NCBI GenBank assembly: GCA_038845975.1
Contig: JAWBQF010000027.1
Span: 1 to 36,515, forward strand
Source of the DNA: Candidatus Methanomethylicia archaeon
GTDB taxonomy: Archaea; Thermoproteota; Methanomethylicia; CALHIW01
Reading direction: 5' to 3'
DNA: 36,515 nucleotides
The first letter of the stretch is position 1, and every line of letters starts with the position of its first letter. A model generated the notes under the pieces. The model searched no databases, was not told the DNA's origin, and saw only the letters and a program-made list of their open reading frames with translations. The translations under genes and the position numbers were made by a program. Shown here in pieces: positions 1 to 10,173 of the stretch.

Positions 1-11
1 AATAGCTGAAG

Positions 12-3000
12 GAATCTCAAATAAAGAGAATTGAAAACTTCAAACACGAGTAATCGCAGAACGTTAACATGTTAAGAATCTCAAATAAAGAGAATTGAAA
101 AATTACTTTCTGTTCTTCAGGCTTAACTTCCTCTGCTTTTGAATCTCAAATAAAGAGAATTGAAAAGATAATAATGGCTATGATACCACTTACGCATTAA
201 CTCCAGAATCTCAAATAAAGAGAATTGAAAACCTTACAAGTTTTAAGGATTGGAGGTACTTTTAATTCCCGAATCTCAAATAAAGAGAATTGAAAAGAAG
301 CTTGAAAAATATGTTTATGTTAAGGGACAGGAAGGAATCTCAAATAAAGAGAATTGAAAACTGTAAGGAGTATTCCTAGAAGTAACCTTCACAACATAGA
401 ATCTCAAATAAAGAGAATTGAAAAATATCCTTCAATTCTTCCTCTCTCCGCTTTATCTCTTCCTGAATCTCAAATAAAGAGAATTGAAAAGAATACAAGG
501 AAGATTGGGAAAAGTTCCAAATGTATGTTTGAATCTCAAATAAAGAGAATTGAAAAGCAAGTAGCTTGCTCTCGTAGGCTAATAGTTCACTAGCGAGAAT
601 CTCAAATAAAGAGAATTGAAAAGTAGCCACTTCGGCATAAGTATTGCATATTCTCCACACCGCAGAATCTCAAATAAAGAGAATTGAAAACGCTAGTGGA
701 GGGTCGTAGAAGAAGCCAGTAAACTTTGCGAATCTCAAATAAAGAGAATTGAAAACATACCGTACAGTTGATAATGCTTGCAAGCCAGCATTTTCGAATC
801 TCAAATAAAGAGAATTGAAAAACATAGTCTCTGGTAAAGAAATAAACATTGTAGAAGCTGCGAATCTCAAATAAAGAGAATTGAAAATTAAACAAGAAAT
901 ATCAAGCTGAACTAAGTGCTTTAAGAATCTCAAATAAAGAGAATTGAAAAATCTAAGCGTATTGCGCATACTGGCAACTGCTGTATTGAATCTCAAATAA
1001 AGAGAATTGAAAAAGTTTATTACTCCGTTCATTAACGCTTCCTCAGCTTCAGCAACACGAATCTCAAATAAAGAGAATTGAAAATTCAGAATATCTCTTG
1101 TACCCATTACGCTACACCTTTTCAGAATCTCAAATAAAGAGAATTGAAAAATTCCATGATTTCCAGTTTTAGACCTTTCCCTTCTCACTGAATCTCAAAT
1201 AAAGAGAATTGAAAACGAAGGTAGCTACTTTAACGCTTGATACTGGTGAAAACGAATCTCAAATAAAGAGAATTGAAAACTTATAAACTGAATGCTTTAA
1301 TGCCGAACGCTATCCCAGACATTTCGAATCTCAAATAAAGAGAATTGAAAATAAGTTATTTGATCAAACACAATCTCTTTGTCATCCACATCAGAATCTC
1401 AAATAAAGAGAATTGAAAAGAAAGAAGGTTAAAAGCAAAACATCACAGTAGAGTGTGAATCTCAAATAAAGAGAATTGAAAGATACCCATGAGTTCAGCA
1501 AGCCTAATAGCTTCATCCAATTCTTTTAAAGCCTTCTCCCCTTCAGAAATCTGTTGTTTAAGAATCTCAAATAAAGAGAATTGAAAGTTGGATAAATACG
1601 ATGAATCAACAATTAGCTTACCCATCTCCTCAAGAATCTCAAATAAAGAGAATTGAAAGGGAAAAAGCTGGGTGGAAGGGAGTAAGTTTTATTGCAGTAG
1701 AATCTCAAATAAAGAGAATTGAAAGCCTGGTTCACAGTGTTATCAACACTGTTTGTAACCGTGAATCTCAAATAAAGAGAATTGAAAGGGTAGTGTTAGG
1801 GGGATTTTAACCTTTCTAGTCGGTGTTAGAATCTCAAATAAAGAGAATTGAAAGTATGCATCATCCACGCTATCAAACGTTACTTCCCAGATTTGAATCT
1901 CAAATAAAGAGAATTGAAAGGCGAAGCCAACACATCCAGCATGTTTAAGTCTTGACATTTGAATCTCAAATAAAGAGAATTGAAAGGACGACTGTAAACC
2001 TTGATATTAATGCTTTATCAAGCGAATCTCAAATAAAGAGAATTGAAAGTTTAGAATGAATGTTAGAACGTGTTCGCCAGCAGTAAGAATCTCAAATAAA
2101 GAGAATTGAAAGGTCCTTGAATGAAAGCTTAAATGGTCTTTGTAATATTTTGAATCTCAAATAAAGAGAATTGAAAGAAGTTTTTCTTGACAATTGACAC
2201 ACAATATATGTAGTTTAGAATCTCAAATAAAGAGAATTGAAAGTCAACAAGCAAGTAGGAAGTCCAATCCTTTATCCCGCTGAATCTCAAATAAAGAGAA
2301 TTGAAAGTTGACCCTGAGATCCTTGATGAGCTTGTTGAAAGCATTAAGAATCTCAAATAAAGAGAATTGAAAGACTTTCTCTTTTGCTACAACCAATGCC
2401 ATCTCTTCCTTCAGAATCTCAAATAAAGAGAATTGAAAGTTTTGTTGATGTTTTTCTGTCTTGGAAGAATTCTTTTTGGGAATCTCAAATAAAGAGAATT
2501 GAAAGTGTAGTCCTCGCTTGTAAGCGTTCTCTCGATCTCGGCTGAATCTCAAATAAAGAGAATTGAAAGAACCAAACATCGACATAAACGTTTTGAGAAA
2601 ACACGTAAGAATCTCAAATAAAGAGAATTGAAAGAGTCTTATCCAAGAGGTCTTGAAGCTCAACATACTTGAATCTCAAATAAAGAGAATTGAAAGTCAA
2701 ACAATCTACACACCAGCACCATTTACTGTTTAAGAATCTCAAATAAAGAGAATTGAAAGGCAATAAATACTGGGGTATCGGTACAAACCTATTCATTAGA
2801 ATCTCAAATAAAGAGAATTGAAAGTGCTACTACTACACCCACATGGGGGATGTGAGTGCAGAATCTCAAATAAAGAGAATTGAAAGATGGGGTAATGGTG
2901 GAAGAGTTGAATACTGTAGCTTCAAAGAATCTCAAATAAAGAGAATTGAAAGCCCAGGTAGGAGGTTGCTTCCAAGCTTTGTAGCTGAAACCCGAATCTC

Positions 3001-3338
3001 AAATAAAGAGAATTGAAAGACCAATGGGCTTGTAGCTGGGCCTTCATGTTTTAGATAGGAATCTCAAATAAAGAGAATTGAAAGCTTCACCTATCCTCAT
3101 GCGTGAAGCTTCTCCTCCAAGAGAATCTCAAATAAAGAGAATTGAAAGAATGGTTGCTGCAGTTTCAGCTGCTAAAGACGCTGGAATCTCAAATAAAGAG
3201 AATTGAAAGCCTATTACAACTATTTGTCTTCTTGATGTCTCAGTCATCAAGAATCTCAAATAAAGAGAATTGAAAGCTTCATCGTCATCGCTACATGCAT
3301 CTTCACGGTCTGGCTCTCTCAATAAAGAGAATTGAAAG
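12..3338 (+). CRISPR. CRISPR array, 26-nt repeat GAATCTCAAATAAAGAGAATTGAAA(A/G), 51 repeats and 50 complete spacers in the window; truncated at the left edge
   Basis: Repeats counted by hand starting at 12, 76, 141 ... 3251, plus a degenerate copy at 3313-3338. Spacers are unique-looking, mostly 35-46 nt, one 79 nt. The ATTGAAAG 3' end is the usual archaeal type I-A/III crRNA handle, giving + orientation; the degenerate right-hand repeat marks the trailer. Confidence 0.99.
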
Positions 3339-4769
3339 TGGTTACAGTTAGCATATTTTAATTCAGTACATCATATAAACAATATATTGATCAACGTATT
3401 AAGCTTTACTCTTTAGGTTTCTAGTTAAGCTCTTCTATTCACATTATCTTAAAGCTTTATAAATCATTCTTTAATCACATAAATTCCATACTTCCTCTGT
3501 TTCTCGCAGAATAGTAAGCTTCCTCAATTTGTAATCTTTCCATATGTACAAATTATAAATCATGGCTTATTGATTAAGATGAACCATTATATTTAAGTTT
3601 ACTTCTCATAAGATCTAGATTAACTTACGCTTCCATTCTAAAAATGAAAATATAGTTTGTCTATTTAATGACTTATTAATTCAGTATTACAGATTATGTA
3701 AATCTTGCGATTTATGGTATTGCTTACTCTAAAGGGTTCTTCATCAATCTTATACTGGATATGATTTAATAGAGGCTGAAATTTGGCTTTCCCCGATCTC
3801 AAGTCAATAAATTCCTTATTTATGGTTAGAGTTATTAGGTTTTTAGGGGGAGAGCCTCATTACTCTAGTTGTTATGGTGTTTACATATATTTGTTCATGT
3901 TCATTTATGATTGCTTCTGATATTCTAGGCTTATTATTGTAGAGTTATGAACCTATATTATGGTTTATATTAAGCTGTTTGAGTTTGATTTGGGATTCTA
4001 GATTTTATGGTTGATGATGGTGCTGTTGTGATTGTGGTTTTAGAGGAAGATTGTTTATGTTGTATTTGAGCCATTATTGAGGGTTCTATACATATTTGTT
4101 GTGATGTTGTAAATATACTTACATTACTAATAAGAAGATTAGAGCTGTCTATGCTCCAATAAATTGTATTGAGTGGGGGAGCTCATTATTATAACATGTA
4201 AAATATTGAATTTAAAAATGATATGGTTTAAAGGATGGAGTCTAATGGGAAGAATCATACAATACATTAGGAATAGATAGACAATTCAATAATTATATAC
4301 CATGTATGAGGATAAATGTGATAATGAGTATGTATCAATCTTATAAGATCAATAATATAGTTATGGATTAATAGAGGATGAAGCTAGGAATTCATAGAAC
4401 AATACAAAATAGAGTGGTAAACCATTCTTAAGTTCACAAAGCCATATAGGTAGCTCTAATCAATTTGATGAATGTGGAATCTTAACGTTACCATTTCGGT
4501 TGTTAATTAAACTTTTGGTTAGCAGTATTGTGGAGGGCTTTAACGTAGGTGATTTTATGTTAAAGCTATTGATGCTTTCGATCGGTTACGATGTCGTTAA
4601 AGCGGCTATGTGAATGTTGAGTAGATGTTTATAATGCTGGTTCTTATCTTTAACAACATCTTAATTATTGTTAGCTATAATATTAGTTGTATATGAGAAG
4701 GTTTTAGGAGGCTTAAAGCATACAGAATATCCTTTAAATAACCCTTTCTCTTTCTATTTTAGATGGAAA

Positions 4770-5615
4770 ATGAATAGGAAAAATATTATTATCTCTAGTT
4801 TTATCTTTAATCTTTTTGTTATAGCTTATGTTTATTTTTCTGAGCAGGAAATAGTTGTTTTAGAAAGTGATTTTATTGATTCTCATCAATTTTTGTTAAG
4901 AAATGATGCGGCCATATTGGAGGGAGTTTTATATTTAAAGGTAAATGATACTCGTGGCTTATGGTCGTTTTCAAAAGCTATGCGTGGAGTATTGCCTCAT
5001 GGATGGGATAGATATCTAAACATTAATCAAATTGAATTTAGGAAGAATATAGAGGCTGAGGAAGGCTTTATTTTTCTTGATGTTAAAGCTAAGAGAAGTT
5101 TAAATTTTGGATTTTATAATGAAGGTTGGATTAACTTGTTTGTTTCTTTCTGGTTTATGCTTGATAATGATACTTTTAATGATCCTAATAGCACTCAATT
5201 AGTTGTTGATGTTAGGCTTTTTGGTTTACAATATAGGAGTGGGAATGTTAGGTATGTAATTGAAGATATAGCTTTTCAAGGTCATTCTTTAGGAATTGAT
5301 AATGATCATCATTATATAACTTCAGATAACCAATTCTTCTTAAGTGAAGCTAATCAGTATTATGAGGTTCAGCTAGATTTAGGTAAGTTGTTTAAAAAGG
5401 CTTTATCCTATTGTGGTAGGGATTCGGCTAGACTTATGGAAATAGAAATAGTTTTAGAAGCTAATTATGGATATGCTGAAGCTGAAATAGATTATATAAA
5501 AATTTATACTGATCCTAAACCTAATAGCTCTTATGTTTTAGTTAATTCAACAATGATATTCCTGATGGCTTTTATCTCCCTAGCTTTTATTGCTATTCTT
5601 CGGGTGAGGAGATAA
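4770..5615 (+). CDS. Hypothetical membrane-anchored protein (N- and C-terminal hydrophobic helices around a beta-rich domain)
   Basis: Long ORF. Likely start is ATG 4770 (MNRKNIIISSFIFNLFVIAYVYF); C-terminus is VLVNSTMIFLMAFISLAFIAILRVRR. Confidence 0.75.
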   Translation: MNRKNIIISSFIFNLFVIAYVYFSEQEIVVLESDFIDSHQFLLRNDAAILEGVLYLKVNDTRGLWSFSKAMRGVLPHGWDRYLNINQIEFRKNIEAEEGFIFLDVKAKRSLNFGFYNEGWINLFVSFWFMLDNDTFNDPNSTQLVVDVRLFGLQYRSGNVRYVIEDIAFQGHSLGIDNDHHYITSDNQFFLSEANQYYEVQLDLGKLFKKALSYCGRDSARLMEIEIVLEANYGYAEAEIDYIKIYTDPKPNSSYVLVNSTMIFLMAFISLAFIAILRVRR

Positions 5616-6377
5616 CTTATATTTTCCTTCTAATATTTCATGATGAAGTATGGGGAAATAATATCTATTATGATTATTTCCTGTTTCCCTTATCTTTGGG
5701 TAGTTTAAGTAATTAAGAAGCTGTATCGGTCAATTATTTCTTTAATTTTGAGACTAGCTTAGTTAAGGTAACTAAACAATCTCAACTATGAGACACTATA
5801 TTAATTTCGTTATAATCTAGAATCCTATTAGTATCTTAAAGCTTAGGCTTTACAATGCTTAGATTCTTGACTGATATAGGATATTTCGATATCGAGTTAA
5901 ACACATAATAACATTTGGCTGAGAGGATACTTAGCTTATTCTACATGATATGAAACCCATATTCATATTGGATAATTAAGGTTAATCATTCCATAAATGA
6001 CACTTTTTCTCTTCTGAAGGATGTTAATATTTAATTAATTGAAACGGAAATAATCCTAGTTTAATCTCTAACAAAATAATATTTCAGATAAATGTTCTCA
6101 TTCACTAAGTTTAGCTCTAAACTCCTTAGAGTAAATACTATTCAAAATTCTTAATATATTTTAATCTTCAGCATTTTAAGGCTTACTTAAATACATACTC
6201 AGAACCATGCACCTTAGTTACAGTGTTTCTTAAACCCTACTAAACCTAGAATTAAAATCAATTCTAGAATACCTTAGAGAACAACATCATAAACCTACAG
6301 TCATAAAATAAAACTAAGAATGCTTAGTTATTGCTAAACTTTAAAAGCATATATGGTTTAGTAGTATTGGTGGATTT

Positions 6378-6668
6378 ATGGAGATGGAGTTTTTCGGTTT
6401 TGCTATTACCTTGCTTTCAGTTGTAATTGCTATTCAGACTTGGAGGAATGGAAGGTGGATGAAGGAAATGTTAAGAGTAATTCATCAAGAGGGGGAGGAG
6501 AGACATCAGGAAGTAGTAAAGCTAATGGAGAAAATGGATGAAAGAATGGATAGGAGACATCAGGAAGTAGTAAAGCTATTTCATGGAGTAGTAAAGCTAA
6601 TGGAGAAAATGGATGAAAGAACAGCTAAGATAGCTGAGCTGATTAAAAATCAGAAATCAATTAGTTAA
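6378..6668 (+). CDS. Small N-terminally anchored coiled-coil protein with internal repeats
   Basis: TM helix (FFGFAITLLSVVIAI), then NGR, then repeated RHQEVVKL and MEKMDER modules. TTTAAAA box and GGTGG upstream. Confidence 0.8.
   Translation: MEMEFFGFAITLLSVVIAIQTWRNGRWMKEMLRVIHQEGEERHQEVVKLMEKMDERMDRRHQEVVKLFHGVVKLMEKMDERTAKIAELIKNQKSIS
6500..6621 (+). repeat. Modular intragenic repeats (GAGACATCAGGAAGTAGTAAAGCTA x2; AGTAGTAAAGCTAATGGAGAAAATGGATGAAAGAA x2)
   Basis: Exact DNA duplications are visible in the sequence. Confidence 0.9.
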
Positions 6669-7062
6669 TTAGAAGTAAAACTCTTTGCTAAGATATTTTA
6701 GTTATTTATTGTATGTATGGCTTATTAAGTTTTTAAGAGGTATTAGTTGTTGAGTTATCCTCATTTTCAGAATATTATTTAGATCAATGCATGATAGAGG
6801 AATACGAAGTCTATTAGAGTATTAACATATTGAAAATAAGCTATACTTCATATTTTAATTAGCTTTTATTAGTTTGGCTTTAAGTATTGTTCATTAAATA
6901 TTAGTATTTAGCTTTGAATTTATCGGCTAGCTGGATATAATTCAGCATTAAGGGGAGTTTTAAGGTATTTAATTATTTCTATTATATGGATGAATATATG
7001 TGATTTGAAGTTGATGATTTAAGTAATATTTGGATGTGAATGGAATAATGTGTTTCAATGAT

Positions 7063-7640
7063 TTATATTGTTAGTTTCGGCTTGTAGAAGTCTTGTGTTG
7101 CTTTTAGAACCCATATATTTCTATTTCTAGCTTCCTCAATTAATCCTGGTAATGGTAGACATACGTATATAACCGGTATTATTTTCTCTCTGATTTTATC
7201 TGGATATTTCCTCTTGATTACTTCAATTTTTTCTAGAAGTTCATTTACTATGTTTACTCCACCTCTAACTGTTGCTTCCCCGATAATACATGTATTATTT
7301 GAAACACCGTAAATATTTAGTTCTAGGTCTGCTAGGACTAGGGGTTTAACTCTACATCTATGTTTAGTTCTTGTTTAACTCTATGTTTTATAATTGATCT
7401 AGCTTCATCCTCAACATCAACGGTAAGCTTCTCAAAAGTTCTCTCAATTCTATTAATCCTAGTATTTAGAGAATTAAATATCTTGTTTAAATCCTCTCTA
7501 AGCTTTACTTGCTCTTCTGCTAGAGCATCAAGTCTCTTTAAAACTTCAGATAATCCTAAATATCCTGCAATAGCATATCTAAACTCAATATCCTTATCGA
7601 GAAGCTCTAGAAATTCCTTTTTTAAAGCATTCATAATCAT
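7063..7640 (-). pseudogene. paREP-like coiled-coil protein with C-terminal PD-(D/E)XK-like domain, split by a -1 frameshift near 7344
   Basis: N-part LKKEFLELLDKDIEFRYAIAGYLGL stops at 7338. The -1 frame continues open (KPLVLADLELNIYG...IIGEATVRGG...IWVLKATQDFYKPKLTI*) to a stop at 7063. Homologous to 14868-15608. Confidence 0.8.
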
Positions 7641-7780
7641 AGATATAACTATAACCTATAAACCTTTCGTTAATGGTTACTTATTGCATAAATATTTTAG
7701 TTGTTACATCTTAATATTGAAGTTTCTAGACTGTTTCCCGTGGATTGGGTTTAGTAGTATTATGAATTTCTCTCCTCCAT

Positions 7781-8308
7781 TTATCTCCTAACCATGTCTT
7801 TCATCTTCTTCATTTCCTCCCTTATAAGTTCCCTTGTCTCAAAACCCGTAACCGCTATTCTAACTGTACTATGACCTACTAGGAAAGTAACATTTAATCC
7901 TAAATTCATCTTTTCAACTTCACCAATAAAATCCATAAAGCTTCTCCAATTCCAATTAATCTCAGCTCCTAGAGGAGTGAATGGAGCTGTAAACTTTTCC
8001 AATAAGTCTAGATATGTAGGGTTAATTGGGAGGAGATATTTCACAACTACCCATAATAACTATTGCTACTCCCTGCTTTACTACATGCTCTAGTTTAAAA
8101 TCTACAAATAAAGCCAAATCATAATGTGTATTTACATCTATAAAACTAGGAGTAACAAATATTTCTCTAGCATTAACTACATACTCTGCTTGAACATCAT
8201 CTAAACATTCATCTTAACAATTCTAACCATTTCCTACAGCTACATCAGCTTTAAACTATAGATTTCCTGAACAGCCACCATTCCATCCTTAATAACAACA
8301 TCATACAA
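7781..8308 (-). pseudogene. Fragmented N-acyl-D-amino-acid deacylase (amidohydrolase) remnant
   Basis: Pieces in several frames: LYDVVIKDG, FKADVAV, VTPSFIDVNTHYD, KQGVAIVIMGSC, WNWRSF...LNVTFLVGHSTVRIAV. Truncated, with frameshifts. Confidence 0.8.
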
Positions 8309-8479
8309 GAGAAATAACCCAAGTATTACATAGAGTAAACATTTAAACTTTTCAACATTAAGTGTACAACTTATCATATTGTAGCTTCCTAAGCAGATTA
8401 TTATGGGCTTTAATTGTAAGGTGATAGGAGTTGTTAGGTTAATACTGTGATGTGTAGTTAACTGGATTGTTTATAATAT

Positions 8480-8778
8480 TTTAGTAGATCTCTCCATAGG
8501 TATTTATTTCTTAAATTCCTTTTGTATAGCAGACTATGTCGAATCCTACATTTTCGGTGCTAGTCTTATTAGGTATGCTGTTCTCTCCCATGTCTTCATG
8601 TTTCTTAAAGTATCTGCTACTATTATTACGTCTATATCACTGTTAAGTAGGTAGTTTCCTCTAGCTAGACTGCTGAAGAAGTATACTTCAAAATCATCCT
8701 CTAAGTTTTCGATAGGTTCTTTACGAATTCTTTAAGAGCTGTCTTAAATCTTGGATGTAATGAGTTTAACGACTTCAC
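8480..8778 (-). pseudogene. Minimal nucleotidyltransferase (MNT) antitoxin remnant
   Basis: EVYFFSSLARGNYLLNSDIDVIIV matches the GS.ARG...SDID motif; GFDIVCYT follows; at least two frameshifts. The low-coordinate end is approximate. Confidence 0.8.
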
Positions 8779-8789
8779 CTATAATACCT

Positions 8790-9141
8790 CAAGCTGTATT
8801 TAGGCTTCGTTTAGTTTGCCCCAAATTTCAATTGACGGCCTTCTTAAACTTGCGTTAGGATATCTTGACTGAGTATAGTATGCTGAAAGCCCTGGTAAAT
8901 TGGATTCTATTGATGGATTAACATGTAAAATATTTTTAACCTCACTATAGAGTTCTACGAGACCATGGGGTCGAGGAATAATCTTCTTAGCATAAATGAT
9001 AATAGCTTTAAACGTTTTCTCCACGGCTTGTTATGCGTGAAAGCAGGAGTAAGCATACCTCCCTATTCTATAAAGATGCTTAGCTGTCTTCAACTCCTAC
9101 TTAGCTTCCTCCAACCAATCAAATACAGCCTCTCTAATCAC
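8790..9141 (-). pseudogene. HEPN-domain toxin remnant
   Basis: IREAVFDWLEEAK*ELKTAKHLYRIGRYAYSCFHA*QAVEKTFKA...PRPHGL...YTQSRYP; two in-frame stops; directly upstream of the MNT remnant. Confidence 0.85.
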
Positions 9142-9246
9142 AATATAGTCATTACTATATACTTAAAAGTTTATGTTAAGATAATTATGGTGTAGGGAAA
9201 ATTGAGTTTAGGATGTTTAGTAGTGAGATTACTAGTTGATAAATGG

Positions 9247-10140
9247 TTAGATTGATTTGCATACTTTTAAGTATGGACAGTCTGGATGGCATTGTTTTGG
9301 TTTTCCAGGATCTATTCTATCATTTACTATTTTCATTAGGTTATCTCTTAAATCTATGAATTTCTGTCTTAGATGGTCTGATATTGCTATTGGCTTTTCA
9401 TAGTATTTTATTTCTCTTCTTCTCTCATCTATTTTCACGCTTACTATTATTGCATGGTTTATTGGTGTTTCATATTGGCTTTCATAAGCTAATGCGTATG
9501 CTGCTAGTCCAACCTCATATATTGGATTGTATTCTCTCGTTTTATACTCAACGATTATCGATGGCTGTAGAAGGTAATCTATTCTTATGGTTTTTGTTAA
9601 TCCTATTAGTGTTCCATCTACTGGGTATTCGCTTACTCCAGGTATTGTTAGTGTGGCTATGCTATCTATTGATAGGTATGGTGATCTTGCTTTCGCCCTT
9701 GCTAGACTTGATGAGAATATGTCTGCAGCATAACTCCATACTGTATTGAATGTTTCCCTCATATCCTCAATGTTTTGAGATACTTTACGGTATGATTCCT
9801 CAGCTTCAGCCATGAATTTCTCCCTAAATCCTTCAAGTCTTCCCGAGTATATGATCATTTTAGCTATTCTTAATGCTTCAGCTATAGTATCATGTATGAG
9901 TTTACCTCTAGCTAGTCTAGGCTGGATTTGTTCAGGTGCTTTCTCCACATATCTTAAATATATGAATCTACCTGTTTCGCAGAATTCGTTTGCTATATCT
10001 GATACTGATAGTTTTAATGGGTATGGTGGAATTAGTGGTGGATTACTCCAACTCCATCCTCTAAGCTCCTCGCTAATATCTACGGGCATATTTCTAAATA
10101 TTCTTGAATACTTTACAACGTCATCGATTGTATAAAACAT
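9247..10140 (-). CDS. csa1: Type I-A CRISPR-associated Cas4-family nuclease Csa1
   Basis: ELRGWSW..PP, LSVSDIA..FCETGR, RID...VEYK RecB-like motif, C-terminal CxxxCPYxxxC; adjacent to cas1. Confidence 0.93.
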   Translation of the reverse strand: MFYTIDDVVKYSRIFRNMPVDISEELRGWSWSNPPLIPPYPLKLSVSDIANEFCETGRFIYLRYVEKAPEQIQPRLARGKLIHDTIAEALRIAKMIIYSGRLEGFREKFMAEAEESYRKVSQNIEDMRETFNTVWSYAADIFSSSLARAKARSPYLSIDSIATLTIPGVSEYPVDGTLIGLTKTIRIDYLLQPSIIVEYKTREYNPIYEVGLAAYALAYESQYETPINHAIIVSVKIDERRREIKYYEKPIAISDHLRQKFIDLRDNLMKIVNDRIDPGKPKQCHPDCPYLKVCKSI

Positions 10141-10173
10141 TAATGTTTAAATACTTTTAAGCTTTTAAAAGTT
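10141..10173. promoter_or_regulatory. Overlapping divergent promoters for csa1 and cas1, with inverted repeat ACTTTTAA-N4-TTAAAAGT (10153-10172)
   Basis: 33-bp intergenic gap. TTTAAATA at 10146-10153 lies 21-28 nt before the cas1 ATG; TTTTAAAA at 10163-10170 lies 23-30 nt before the csa1 ATG. Confidence 0.6.

Noticed and set aside
425-464. Possible self-targeting: spacer shares TCAATTCTTCCT with rad50 near 20646
   Set aside because: Only about 12 nt of low-complexity identity, expected by chance. A full spacer-versus-window alignment was not possible by eye.
354-3322. ORF-track entries with FQFSLFEI, ESQIKRIE or FNSLYLRF repeats
   Set aside because: These are translations of CRISPR repeats and spacers, not genes.
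3339-3500. AT-rich region as the CRISPR leader
   Set aside because: The adjacent repeat is the degenerate one and the ATTGAAAG polarity points toward this end, so it is the trailer.
3840-4130. G/T-skewed stretch, possible gene remnant on the minus strand
   Set aside because: No sustained frame or recognisable motif.
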